A stretch of DNA of 62,613 nucleotides, counting the filler, from Choristocarpus tenellus KU-1152 (taxonomy: Eukaryota; Protista; Phaeophyceae): assembly GCA_964200185.2 (NCBI GenBank). It is 11 parts of 11 records of this genome, joined end to end, with 100 filler letters (N's around TTAATTAATTAA, not from the genome) between each part and the next. Parts side by side here need not be neighbours in the genome. Positions count along the whole stretch, not along the records: positions 27,477 to 30,141 come from CAXNAD020025829.1; positions 30,242 to 34,375 come from CAXNAD020016045.1; positions 34,476 to 50,335 come from CAXNAD020000917.1; 8 more parts are not named here. One strand, written 5' to 3'. The position numbers were made by a program, and so were the translations under genes. The notes under the pieces are model-generated. The model made no database searches and had not been told where the DNA came from. It saw only the letters and a list, made by a program, of their open reading frames with translations. Positions within the stretch are counted from its first letter, which is position 1, and every line of letters begins with the position of its first letter. Positions 28,065-41,492 of the stretch are shown here, piece by piece.

Positions 28065-28424
28065 TCAAGCTCCGACTCCAACTATCGTTGCGTTGGCCCT
28101 CTCCCTGTCCTCCTTGCTGATCTTCTTGTGCTCAGCCGGATTGACCAAGCTAAGCATCCTCAACTTCCAGGTTCGATGCAGCAGAGACTGAAGTGAAGGG
28201 CAATCAATGCTTGCGATGTTTAAATATATAGTTTAAAAGAAAAAAAACAATCTTTTGCTGTCATGTACACTCCGTGTATTGTAGAAAGATGGATGGCGTG
28301 CTTGCATACTCTTGTACATGAACCTTGAAGTCTAGTGTTCATCAAGTAATTAGCCGGTCGACTGTTGCCTCAATGGGCGGTAAACCTAGCCTCCTCCCCT
28401 GCTCTATTTCCCCTTGCCCTGCTG

Positions 28425-28478
<54 letters not shown>

Positions 28479-28677
28479 TGTGTTGCTTGCTCAGGAGTTA
28501 TCCTCTAGTGTGGAGGGTACCCCAATCTGGGACATCTGCAGCTGCTGCACCCCTCACGAGGATGGAGACAATATTGAAAAGATTTTTGAGATTCTTGAGG
28601 CAAGTTTAGGGTTAGGGATTATGGTTAGGGATACTTGCGCTATCTCATGCAATCTGTGTTGGTGTACAATTTCTTTT

Positions 28678-28721
<44 letters not shown>

Positions 28722-30105
28722 GCGTTTTATCTCTTCTCCCAGTTGTGTGCTTCTGCTTGAACCTTCCTCCCTTCCTCTCTCCCCCCCCAATACACAGGAC
28801 CAGCTCGGTTACTCATGTCGTGAGTCGTTGACAGGGCTTATTGCCTGGCTGGCATACTGGATCTGTCCTGTTATGTTTATCCTCTACTCATGCCGTATAC
28901 TGTGCTTCAAGTGAGTAAATAGCTCTTCACCTGTGGAAGTAAGTATCAAATGGTATCAAATGGTATGAAATGGTATCCATACCTGTTCCCACTGTACTTT
29001 AGATGTGTCTATAGCCTGTGACAAAACTAGGATGGCGTTGTCACCTTTGCCGGTATCAGTGTACCGTTGCCCCTTGGCTTGACTTCCCTTTCCTCTTTGC
29101 GACCTCCAAGGCAAAGACAACATGGATGGTGATTTCAGTTGTCGGTTGCAATGTGATGATCCCTATCCACCCCTGCAATGTGATGATGCCCTTGCCGTGA
29201 ATCCAGAGAAACGCCTTTTTTTTGTAGGAGGACGAATGTGTCCCCTCCTCCCTCCCCCCTCCCCCCTCCCCCCTCTACCTTTGGAGTCCAAGAACATGTG
29301 TTTGAAGCCCAACTTGTACCACACGGTGATAACCCTAACCCTAACCCTAGCCCTAATCCTCTGCTGATCCCTAAATCCTAACCCTGAACTATCACAGGAA
29401 CATTGCTGTCAGAGGTGCCCCCCAAGAAACTGCAGGCCCCAGCAGACGTGGTCGTATGCCCAGACAGCACCAATTCTGTGAGAGCCAAAGGTACTTGAAG
29501 AGCAATGCACCAGATCCTTCAAGGTGCGGTGGTAACTGGAGACAAACCGGGAGAGAGGTTTTGTTTGTATGCTGGATGGCCTGTTGTTTTTTTGTTCTGT
29601 AGTGTGTTGAGAGGTAAAGCCTCCCCCTCCCCCCTTTCCTATGTCATCCTTTTTTAAAATTTTGTTTTTGTCCCACTGTTGTTTTGATTGGCTGTGTATT
29701 GGACGAGGTTGTTTTTGTCTGATGATGTATTCCTACTTCGTCGACGAGGGTCAGGTCAGCGTGGAGAGAGCAACTGGTAACAGTTTCGCTTTGTTTTGAT
29801 TGGTCGTCTTCAATGCGGTTGAAAAAAAAACAAAAACAATTTGTCTCTGATTGCTGAGTGATCATTCTGCATCTTGCCTGGTTTGTTCCGGCGGAGCTAT
29901 TTGTCTTATCCTCTTCACCTTGTACACTTCCCTTCATGCCCCTGATCACATGCGTGTGTCGCTTGGACTCTGGTCTACAATGCAACAGGATTGGGAGGCA
30001 CCCAACCCATGTCTGGATCAAGCTCAGCGCCATCCTCAATTTTGTGTCAGGAATATTATACATTCGGTGGCGTGCAGTTGATTCCATGCCTGATGACCCT
30101 CTGGT
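28065..30105 (+). CDS. Membrane protein, internal part: FTR1 iron-permease-like C-terminal segment followed in frame by a cellulose-synthase (GT2)-like first TM segment. Exons 28065-28170, 28495-28599, 28798-28910, 29398-29523, 29989-30105
   Basis: LLIFLCSAGLTKLSILNFQE...PIWDICSCCTPH...IFEILEDQLGYS...LTGLIAWLAYW follows the FTR1 C-terminal pattern (AAGL...W...CC.P...F.il..l.G/Y...Y..YW). IKLSAILNFVSGILYIRWRAVDSM fits the YxxWR TM motif of BcsA-type synthases. Phases 0,0,2,2 chain without stops. Confidence 0.65.
28433..28474. repeat. (TG)n microsatellite. Others at about 28684-28719, 30559-30581, 31244-31265 and 37097-37111
   Basis: Direct reading. Most lie in introns near splice acceptors. 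Confidence 0.95.
29330..29386 (+). repeat. Interstitial telomere-like (CCCTAA)n tract just upstream of a splice acceptor
   Basis: TAACCCTAACCCTAACCCTAGCCCTAATCCT...CCCTAAATCCTAACCCT, ending about 11 nt before the AG at 29397. Confidence 0.85.
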
Positions 30106-31146
30106 GTGAGTGATGGGGACTGGGTAGTATAGGATGGGGGGNNNNNNNNNNNNNNNNNNNNNNNNNNNNNNNNNNNNNNNNNNNNTTAATTAATTAANNN
30201 NNNNNNNNNNNNNNNNNNNNNNNNNNNNNNNNNNNNNNNNNAAGATGAACAATAAAAGGGCATCAAATCAGAGCTTCACACCCAGGGACTTTTGCGGGGG
30301 TGGGTGGGTGGGGGGAGCCACAGACCAAATAGGAAAAATACCCCCCAACTTCTGTTGACCGTTGGAATTGGAGTTTAGTAGAGGTGTGTTGTGTTACGAT
30401 ATATATACTGTACCACCTAAAGTGAGACCCTACAATAAGAGCACGGCTTGACTGGGTCATTTCGCGTTCAACTTTACAAAAGGGCACGACGAGTCTCATT
30501 TTTTTTTTTCTTCAAGTCACAGATTTTAAAAACAAGAAAATAGAACCGTGTGTATGTATGTGTGTGTGTGTGTGTGTGTGTCCTATGCTAAAGGGCACTA
30601 AAGAGACAATAAACAGCAGGACGACACATCGCACCGGTGGACTCTAAGCGATCACTCTAGTCCAGAAGAAAAGTACAACAACTCAATCAAACGAGCGGCG
30701 AGATCTCAGCAGCAGGAAGAGGGAAGGGAAGAGGGAAGGGACCCTTCAGTTCAAATGAACTCTCGACCAAAACTCCACAGACAGAGCTCAAACAATCAGG
30801 AATCACCACACAGAGTCCGGTTGTACCTGTGTACCAGGGGGGGGGAGGAAGCTGCAGTCTCCCCACCCTGGTAATGGGTAAAATCAAAAAAAAAAAGAGA
30901 GCACGTACACACAGAGGCGTGTTTTTCGGTGTGCATCGCACGTGGGAAACGCACATCAATCAAACACAGCATGCAGGGGGCCGGCCAGAGGCATAACTTT
31001 GTACCTTGCCCCTTCCTGCACGATACAGGTACACCAGGGCATGCATATAAATAAAATTTCAATGCGCTGCAGCAGCGATGCGCGGTATTGTCTTCGCAGT
31101 CTCCGACAAGGATTGGGGCAATATACACAAGATCAAGAAGACCAAC

Positions 31147-32914
31147 CTGTCCACGACTGGCTTTGCCGTCTCTAGCTTTTCCCCAAGTACCTTCACACTG
31201 TGGTCCGTCAGTGCTGCAACCTTGACACCAACCTGTTTGATAACACACACACACACACACACACAAAAGAGGGAGGAATGTATGTATACACCGAGTTTAC
31301 CATGAAAATAAGAAAAAAAATGTTTGGGGAAGTTGGGGCTTAGTTAGGTGAGTAAAAAGCATCCATACACAAAAAATTCAGGGAGACAACAAGAGCAAGA
31401 ACAATGGTTGCTGCAACAGTTACCCCAGCTATGTACCATTCCAAACTGTTGTTGAGACTATTTTCCAAAGTATGTCTATGATGGGGATTGGTGGGGAGTT
31501 ATCACATGATCGTTGTCACTAGTAGAAACACCTACTATAAAAAGATAATAATAATGGTGTAAATGTTACACACAGTCAGTGGGATAAATTCGCCTTGCAA
31601 GTGTATTTCAGCTCCTGAGTATTACGATTAAGTCTAAGGAAGAGCTCAGGGGAAGAACGAGGGTGAGGTAGGGTACGGAATCAGTAGAGAAGAGACCATC
31701 GACAATGTTCCAAAATGCGCTGTTGCGGGGATGGTATTTACAGCATAATGCTACAATATCAAAAGGAGCTGCAAATAGAAAATAAGTCATGGTATAATTA
31801 GCAACAAATAAACTACGACAATCAAGTGTGACCTCGAGTAAGGCGAACAACTCACAGAGTGTCGTTCATCTTCCTAAAGCACGGCAGTGGGGAAAAATAT
31901 GACTCTTAAAGGTCCCAAAAATGACACTTTTCAGGTGACTGTGCCCCCCTTTTTCGTCGTTACCTCTCAAAACCTTAATATCCCTGGTGCACTCAGAAAA
32001 TAACGTTGAGAGAACTCCCTGTTCGAGCCGCTCGTGACGATTTTCTCATTGTTGTGGCCGTCTCTCAGTCCCTGGTCAAGCACTCCTCAAATTTAATCCA
32101 ACAGACAAAACAAAACAGCTATCAGGTAAGAGAACTCCTACTAGAGCTTTTAATCTCTCACCCACAAGCACAGCCCTCATCTACCTTCAGTCGCACACAC
32201 ACAAAAAGGGGGATCACATGCACCTTGCTCAAGCCATCCATGCTTGCGTCGAGTGCAGTGACCGAACCCTGCTTGATCTTGCCCATGGTCTCACTTCTTT
32301 CCATATCCCTAACGGTGGAGGCAAAGCTTGTCCAGCCTGATGAAAGCAGCATCCTTGCCTGGTAGCAAGTGGCAGATACGCACGAAGGATACAGCAGGAC
32401 AGGAGTTCCGATGGGAGGAGAATGGAAGAAAGGTGTGACACGGGAAAAGAAAAAATACGGGTGGCGCACAAGGAAATGTACCAAGCGACGTGTTCGGCGT
32501 ACTCGGAGTGATTCCCTAGCACAAATTCAGGGATATCTCTTGACGAAGAGGGGCCAAGATGAGATTGAAAAAATATATCGCCATAAGGCAGAGGGCCATC
32601 GGTTCAAACATTACTGTTGGCAGGTGAAATATCATACGCACATGTCGAAAACCGTTCTCAAGTTTGTCCTTTGGGAGAAGGTTCTCCGCAGAAGAGGTAG
32701 GTCCATCATCTTCATCACCCTCATCTTTATCAGTAACTCCGTCCCCGATAGGTTGTTTGGACACAACAATCTCCTCCTCTACGGAAACACCTATACTATT
32801 GGTGTCAACCGCATAGGGATCGGTGTATGCCCCTAATTCGGTACTTGCCATAACCCCACCCTCTGACTCCTTTGAAGTAGGTAGGGTTAGGTCAGAATCG
32901 TGGAAGTCAGCCAT
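31147..32914 (-). CDS. Unknown protein with acidic N-terminus and amphipathic helical region; exons 32914-32642, 32358-32224, 31232-31147 (3' end unresolved)
   Basis: AAAAATGG start, donors GTGCGT, GTGCAT and GTTGGT, CAG acceptors and phase-0 joins. Confidence 0.6.
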
Positions 32915-33785
32915 TTTTTGGTCTGCGCAGTCGAATGACAAGATCAAACTCTGTTCCGCACTTCAGATCTCCAAAAAGGTGGAATGGGTAAAACACTGAA
33001 CAGCCGAAGAGTGTCTAGGATGCCAGCCACTCTAGTGGGTTGGTCAAGTCCTATCTATGATCATAGATTGAGTTTCGTTGTTAGAACCAACAATTGGAAG
33101 GTGCTTTCAGGAACATGTTTCTACATTTTAACAAAATAAAAAAAAGCTTCTTTTTGGGGATTACATCTTTGATTCACAGAGAGAACTTCCATAAATACAC
33201 AAGTTGATTTATGATTGATTTATACATCAGTTGAAGCCATCAATAATGACCTTCAAAAAACATTTTTGAGATGTCAGTGTTATTAAAGTAATATCCTATT
33301 ACACCGACCTTCTCAAGTAACAGCAACATCCTGTTACACTAACCTTCTCTTGGACAAAAAGACCACACAAAAACCCGAAGCGAATACAAAAAGGGGAGGA
33401 TATAAATTGTGTACATACCCTACCTGTATAACATACAAATTTGAATTATCTGTGTCATGTGTCATTTTCTGAACAAGGAGGTGCCTGATTCGGTCCAACC
33501 TAAATAAGTATATAGTATGAACAGACCTACAAACATCCCAGAGTGAATGCAACCAGCATGGGGCAGTTTCATGAAGTGCAGGTAAAGGCTCATATGGTCG
33601 AGCAGTTGGAGTATCACTTGAGCTGGAGATCTGGGTGCTCAAGGACGAAATGTACTCGAGGTTCTGCTATTATATGCGTGCATGATGTGGATACTGTGGA
33701 AAAAACTACTCCACCCAGGTATGTATCCACCAGTCAGTGCAGGTTCCTTCAGGACTTCAACGGATTGAACGGATCACATTAGAGT

Positions 33786-34048
33786 GAGTCAAAGTAAGCG
33801 AGAGGTACCAAGAGTTAAATTTTAGCGATGCTGACAAATTTGTGGAAACTTCACCTTTTCCTACAAATGCGTGTAGGAAATTTCCTGAATTGCGTCGAAA
33901 AGTAAAAAAAAGAAAAGAAATAAACTCTCTCAAATCGATATTAGCAATTCATCCATACAATTATGGGTGAATTGCAAAAGATTGAAAAACTATCTTAAAA
34001 TGCAAAAAGATCAAAACCTGGGCCCCTCTCGTTTACATTGATTAGCTC
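33786..34048. mobile_element. MITE family C, second copy
   Basis: GAGTCAAAGTAAGCGAGAGGTACC ... GGCCCCTCTCGTTTACATTGA. Homologous to 15071-15327; right boundary uncertain by about 5 nt. Confidence 0.78.
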
Positions 34049-35045
34049 AGTGACTGATACAGGGCAGCACTAGCAGTATGAACTGGGAGAGAGAGAATTG
34101 AGGCTACTGAACATAAACAGAGACTGCTGCTTGTGGGCTTCATGGTGCGCATGACCAACGCTCACCTAACAACTTGATTCCTTGGCCTTTTCTCTTTACC
34201 ATTCTGATCTCTTTTACTTCTCTCTTTGATACACTTTTTACTCTTTTTTATCATTTTGACATTACTGCTTCTCTGCTTTTTGTCATGCTTCCAAGTATAT
34301 ATATATATATATGTGAATCGTGTGATTCTGTGGCGGCGTGGTTCACTCAGGCAAGGGTGGTGAAGAGAATCACCGNNNNNNNNNNNNNNNNNNNNNNNNN
34401 NNNNNNNNNNNNNNNNNNNTTAATTAATTAANNNNNNNNNNNNNNNNNNNNNNNNNNNNNNNNNNNNNNNNNNNNGGGCATCATGGGGGGGGGGGGATAG
34501 ATTGGCATGGAATGAGGTGACGGAATGGGGTGGGGTGAATTGTGTGCAATAAGCAATTGCATTGTGTGCAAAAAGGTACAGATGCTGTGATAAGTTATTA
34601 CATAACACTGTCAAGAAAAAAACCCAACACTTGGGGTTTGAAACACAACACCGGCATTTTGGCACTTTTGAGGCATTTTTTTATTACTACTGTAATAGTA
34701 GATAGTATTAGAACAAACAAATCTGTCAGAACACGTCCCAAAAGATACTTATTCCACCTCTCCTGTACTCACCACACCAAGTCCATCCGGGTCAGTTTCA
34801 TTTCCTTCTTGTTAAGGTTCTCAAATAAAATAAAATTTCCCATCTTCAACGTACAGCATTAATAAGAACACTAACCAATCGCCATCGTTATCACCATCAA
34901 TAAAGTCCATGTCCCGTTCATCAGAGCACAAAACAAAACAATGCTAGAATTACTCACAAGAACCACCCCCAACACCCCCCCAATCCCATAACCTCAACAA
35001 AACATACTACAGATGAGACAGCCCCTCCCCCCCCCACACACACAC

Positions 35046-38000
35046 CTCGACCACCTCCAGGTTCCCCCTGGCAGCCGCGGCATGAAGGGGTGTCCAACCA
35101 TCCATGGGAAAGGCTGACCGGTTGATGTGCCTACATGTGGCTAACCCTGAGTCTTCCCTGATAGCCACCTGTTGGAATGGTGTCAATCGTAGTGCTAGGG
35201 TTAGTGCTGATGTCAGTGTTGATGGTGAAAGGGGGGGCAGTGGGGCAGCAGAGCACAGAGTAAGAGGTATTTACATTTCCAAATTAAAGGTGGGAGGTGA
35301 ATCTGTTATAAAACATTGGAGGCACAAACAACAAGTATGTACTAAAAAAAAAACTTGACTGTACAAAAAGAAAAAGGGAAAAAAAAGGCTGTGTTGATGT
35401 GGTGGAGGTGTGCGCTGGGAGAGAGTCCTTCCTAAGACCTCCTTCAAGGACAATCCTGCCACATCAGAACAAGCACGATACCATGGTCTTGAGAGTGGCC
35501 TCACTATGACATCACTGCACACAGCAGTGGCATAGAAAATGATCTTCAAACAGCAAGGGATGAATAGGTATGACAACACCAGTCCCAAATGACAACAAAG
35601 TACCATGATATATATTGACATTGACATGGCCTAACATCAACACTGCGCATAAACTGTGGTAGTATGTCCAATCGGATACAACCTTTAGTGTGGAAAGTCA
35701 TGGAACAACACACTTCAAGCAAAGGAGTAAAAGGGTTGAGGTCATGTGTACCACAATAATAGAAACGTTTGCGCAAACGAAAGCTGCAGGCTTGATTGAA
35801 ATACACACAAAATACACACAAAAACACCTGCCCACTCAAGGTCTTGTCAACCTCACCTGTATTGCCTCAATCTTAGAGGCTCGCCACTCTTCTGCTGTGA
35901 GATTCCTCCGCTTGAGTATGGTGGGGTTGGGCTTGCTGAGATCAGTCAGGCAGTCATCCATGAACTTCTTGGCCTAAATGTACATATACACAGGCAAGAC
36001 AGGCATTAGTGCAGGGTCTGGGAAAGGGAGAGAGGGATGTATGCGTGTGTGACCCAAATTATCTGGGGGGGGGTCTACACCAGGGTGTCCATTTGGGCCA
36101 AAACCAGGAAAAGTGTGCATTATCCATCTGATGTATGCAACCACATCACACAAAAATCACAACAAGAAAAAATTGTCCCCAAATGGACAGTCACCACCCC
36201 CCCCAGACACTTTGAGCCTGTGTGTGTGTATGTGTGTATGTGTGGAGGGGGGGAGGGAATCAAACAGTCTATATGAAGACAGGGTACAACAAACTCTGTA
36301 TCCCCCCAAAGTTGGATCCTGAAAGCACTCAACCTATCCAAGTTGTCCTGACCACCCCCTGGTCCTACCTTTTCTTGGTCCCAACACCCTCAAACACAAA
36401 CACACAAATACACAACTCAAACCTAATCTTAAAGCTAGTGCTCAGAATAAAAGTAATATTAATATTAATATTAATAACAATAACACATCAATCTAACGAT
36501 TGATGGCATGACCAGGGAAAAAAAAATAAAATGCACAGTAATCCCCCCCCCCCCCAATAAAAAAAATATTTTTATTGGAATAAGTATGGTTGGTAAGTTA
36601 TAGTTGATTCGAAACTTGATCTTGAGGACAGGCAACAGATACACTTGAGTTTTGAATGAATTTTGAATGGATATGAAAAATGTCCGTTATTGTGGTTTTT
36701 AAATTACACGGGTCTGGGTGGAGTTAGACATCACAAATCACTGGGATAAGGTTTCCAGAAAAAAAACACACGTATCTGATGTGCACCTATACTAACCCAC
36801 GAAGAGCCTTTGTTAATGAAATGTATCCCTAACCCTCAACCCTAACCATAGTGACAAAACTAAAAACTACACTGTTTCAAGATGATCTAGAATGTGCTCA
36901 ATAACGAGCATAGCCCATTCTAGATCAGCAATCACACAATGCTATATTGTTTGAAACTCTGCAAAAAAACAAAGTGAAGAAAGCAACAGACACAGGATAT
37001 AAGCCATTAGCATACATATGCATGGAAGGCACTTGGAGCTGCTGTCGCCTTTGTCCTAAGGGTGATGACCACTGAGTGCACAAACGCACTGACATGCACA
37101 CACACACACACATGTATTTACATGTACTACATTTTTCTTGTTTTACTATGTACCAATAATATAGTATGCACTACTGGGTGAAACCATTTAAGAGGAGTTA
37201 GGGTCAGGGTCGATTTCAACCCTTCAGAGTTTGAAGCCATTCTTTGACCTTTTACAGCACACACCATGCCCTTGCCTTGAATGCACTTAAAACCCTCTCT
37301 AAGGAGGGTGCAGCTGTAAAAGAGATAACCCACAAACGAGTTGTTAGCCGAAAACACCCTCTGCAGTGTCCAAAAAAACAAGAACAAGAACCACAAGGCA
37401 GACGTAGGGACCCTAAAGACTTAGTAACACCCACCTCTTAGATGGTATCACCAACTTTTAATACATGGGACATATCTTACTGACAAAAGGGACACCAAAT
37501 TCCTCAGGTTTTGGTAAAATAATGATGCGTACTATCACAGTGTGGGCTGGATACCTTCCACCATTTTTCAGCATTGTTTTTTTTATCCTGTCATGTACCC
37601 TCTTGATTATGCTTGTTGTTGCTGTGGTCATTTTATCAAGATTCAGTGCAGTACTCCCCAGAAATGCTCACGCAAAGATATTTATTTACGCCACTCCATG
37701 ATGACTAAGTATGCACAGTTATGTGGGGGAGTACACTACATCTGTAGGTGTTCAAACTAGCAATGTGCCTGTCAAACTGTGCTCATCCCTAACACTCCAA
37801 CTTATGCTATGCTCTGTAGCACCATTAACCTGCTCTGCAGCAGAACTCTGTGACATAACCAATCTCTCTGTGTGATGAGGTGTGGCTGAGTGATCATACC
37901 CGGGGCGCCTCAGGCCCCGAACTCAAGGGTATTAGCAGGAATCAAACAGGGGAAAGGCAGAGTGCACTGCAAAGTATTACCATATTGAATAGGAGAATAT

Positions 38001-41000
38001 CAAGTCCATGCTGCTCAAGCCAATGCCCTAACCCCCCTGATCTGTTCGACTCTAACCCTCACCTGGTGCCATGTCCTGGCATCCACAGCTAGCCACTTAG
38101 CAGCCTCCCGGGCTGCCCCAACAACCATTGCATCTGACAGTTGCCGAGGCAGATGAGGGGGTGTACCCAAGGCCCCAGACAAGGCTATTCCCCTGCTCCG
38201 AGCCCCTGGTGTCCCTCGGCCTTCACATCATTTTTTTTTTTTAAATGTTTGTTGGGAGGGTGGTATAGGTGGGAAATACATGTTTTGGAGACACAGGAAT
38301 CAGACTGCACATGAAAAGCTGGGTATGTCGCTGAATGGTACACCAAATAATGTGTAAGGGAATGATTGGGTTGGTATGAGGGAGTTCTGTTGGTTTTGAT
38401 CATGCTTTCAGCGGGGTGGGTCTCCCCCCCCCCAAGAAGGTGCTATTTTCTGAACATAGGATCAAGGTAGGCTCTTTGTCTCTTTGACAATGATCTAGTG
38501 GGATTCTCCCACAGAAGTAGATGAAGGAGAACGGAAGCCCGACACAACAGCACCACCTCAGTTGTCAAGAGCCAGATCAAAATAATAATAATAATATTCA
38601 AAATAAAATAAAAAGGACCTGAAGTTGCTTTCTTGTCTGATAAATTTCCATTCAGAAGTAGTAGAAACCTTGATATGTTCGTTCTCCACAAAAGGACTAT
38701 AGAAGGCAAGGATAACAGAGGGCTGAGTTCTTGGTCGGACAATTGCAAACACGCAACAGAAGGCTATAGATTGGCATAGCAGTGTCACAAACTGGAGGCA
38801 GCAGGGGCAGGCGGGGGGGGGGAAGCATTGGATGGAAAGGATGAAGACAGAACAACCCTAAAGGCTGGCCATGACCCCCCCAACCCCCCAACCAGCTGCC
38901 AACAACAAAACACAACTCAACACAACCTAGTAGACAGTTGAAAAGTTCATCTTAAGTAGTGCAATACCAACTCACAAGGATAGGGTTAGGATCAAACTCT
39001 TCCACTTGTTTCACAAAACCTTCACCTGCAACTACACCAGGCCCTTCCGAAGCACTCCGACGATGCGGGGGAGGCGTTCCTTGTGGCATGCCCCGCCCCA
39101 AGCCCTCCCCTGCCACAGATCCAGTGGCAGAAGGCCTGGTGGCCCCAGCACTACCAACTGCCTTGATTCCAGCTGTTCCTCCACTGGCCCCTGCCCCAGC
39201 CTTCAAGGTCCCAGTCCTACTTTTGGCCTCTACCTTTGCTTCCGTGCTGACCCCAGCGTTGCCTCCCTTACCATCACTGGCATGCCATGCCAAATATTGC
39301 TCACGAGGAGGCCTCAGTTGTTGTTCTCTACTTGATGAAGTTTTTAAAGTCTCTGAGGATCCCTCAGCATTATTATTGCCAGTACTCTCTAATTGGCTGG
39401 GTGTTACAGGACACCACGACAGGGACGAGGGTTGCGCAGGGGGTGTTGGAGGGGCACCAGAAGCTGTGGTCGCCTGCCAGGAAGGGGGAGGCTGGGAGGT
39501 GGGAAGAGTAGTGCTGGTAATGGGGGAAGTGTTGGGGTCTTGGAGATAGTCCCTACCAGCTGAAGAAGTGTCACAGGTTGGGGAAACTAGGGCTGTAGCG
39601 TGAGTTGGGGATGGTGCCCAATGTGGGCCGGGTTCTGGAGTTTGTTGGGAGAAGGAGGCTGCTGGGATTGGAGAACCCTACATGGGGGGGGGATTGATGA
39701 TAGTCCAAGCAACATGGAATGGGTCAGGTCCAGCAGCAGGTAGCAAACACACAGCGCAGTCCGAACATAATTTGGTGGGGGGAGGAGAGGGGGGTAGAAG
39801 AGGGAAAAGGTGAGATCAGGCATGGAGTGAGAGAGAAGGCAAGCAGGCATGGGAAATACATGAGAAAAAATAGAGTTAGTGTGAACACAAAGTTATGCTT
39901 GTCACTAATGGAAAAAGTCTGCACCATACACACCTAGCTGAACTGATAAAAACCCCCAACAGGTTCTTGATCGTGATTGCCCCTAGAACTGCGATGAATC
40001 AGACAATACAATTAAGTGTACGAAATATACTCCCTAACATGTAGGGATTTGTTCAGCTTGAGGATATTGCTTTGAACGGTAAACTGTAAGTATACCTTGA
40101 TTGGGAGCTTGCACGAACAGTCAATAAATACACATGAGCTTTTACTCATGTGAGAACAGTTTTTTTTCTCCCGAATTGGATTTGTGTGGAGTTGAAAAAT
40201 GTCCTCACAGGGTTGAAGTCTACAGCTGAAAAGATTATGTCCACCTCAAGTAACAGCTCCTACTACACTCAAAGCCTTGGTTATGTTGGGGTGTACATGT
40301 ATTGCACCGTACCATAGGACAGAAAACCAAAGTCTACAGCAAACATTCAAGTTGATCGAATTATAATAGTTGTTTCATACTAATAGGAAGGGTATCATGG
40401 TTATACACTTAAAAATACATATATTTCAAACTGTCAATGCGCAAGAATTCTTAAAATGACAATTCAAACACAAGATACAACTATTTATGAACATCAAGGC
40501 GACGCAACTGTCAATATTTTGTTTTTCAACACAAAACATTGCACTGTGGTAACGATTTGACTGGGAGTGCTCCTCATCAATTGAATCATTATGGAAAATG
40601 CATTGGGAAGGGTGTCTGTGTGGATGGTTTAATTGCATGGGAGGAATAGGCAAGGTCACCTAACCTGACCCCAAACCATGGCAAAACTCCACACCATATT
40701 CAACAAACCGTGCAGCAGGCTCATCCTTGCCCTCAGCTGCAGGAGTGGCACAAAGCAGTGGAGGGCATAAAACCCATTTCATATCATCACCATTTTCACC
40801 ACGAAAGACTTCACGTCGCACCTTACGTACATCCTGAGATCGTATCGAGAGTGTAAGATGTTCCAGCCTACTCGTGCTCTTGTCAAGCAGATCCATCAGG
40901 TCCAATTCATTTGATCGAATGTGACCCTCTATCGCCTGGTATGGATGCAGCCCCACAGTGTTAACTTTTGAAATCGCAGTATTTCCTGGTCTTGCCTGGT

Positions 41001-41492
41001 TCATTCGGTGGATAAGGTATCACAAGTAAGATCAACGTTTGGAGTATTCGCGAAGGGACGGAGTCAGTCCTGGGGTACGTGCTTCCCGCTTTCTGCAACG
41101 ATTCTACTGTGCTTTGACAGTGGTGGGTGCTGGTAAAGCGAAACATGTTCCTGCATCCTGAACCTTCAGATGCTCGCACGATCTGTCAATTTGATGTAAC
41201 TCTCGGATATTAACGTAGGAACCCTACCCGAGCGCACCTGACCGTGGGTGAGATGGGACTGCGATTGACTGCCTGGAGTCAGTGGAGGGTGCCAATCGAT
41301 TTCCGCAGGGTAATCATTTCCTGCATCCACCGACCGACCAGTTGAAGAACTTAGAGTCATGGAATCTTCAGGTACTATCAAAGAGGGGTCACCCTCAACC
41401 CAGCCCTGCTCGATCTGGTCATTGCCCTGGCCAAGGGAGGATCCATGCCTCCGGAGCAGGCGGTCCGCCGCCCTTCCAGGTGATTCTTCCAT
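35046..41492 (-). CDS. Ankyrin-repeat-containing protein, partial. Candidate exons 41492-41238, 40935-40677, ~39592-38976, ~38763-38618, 38220-38063, 35973-35857, 35168-35046
   Basis: The last exon encodes DGWTPLHAAAARGNLEVVE, a canonical ankyrin consensus. Upstream exons have GT/AG ends and compatible phases, but the middle exons are ambiguous. Confidence 0.6.
36051..36218. mobile_element. MITE family B, complete 168-bp copy, intronic
   Basis: GACCCAAATTATCTGGGGGGGGG...TGTCCATTTGGG mirrored by CCCAAATGGACA...CCCCCCCCAGACACTTTGAGCC. It sits in a TG run, so the TSD is ambiguous. Confidence 0.88.

Noticed and set aside
38959-39549. 196-aa plus-strand Pro/Ala-rich ORF
   Set aside because: It is the antisense shadow of a GC-rich minus-strand exon of the ankyrin gene.
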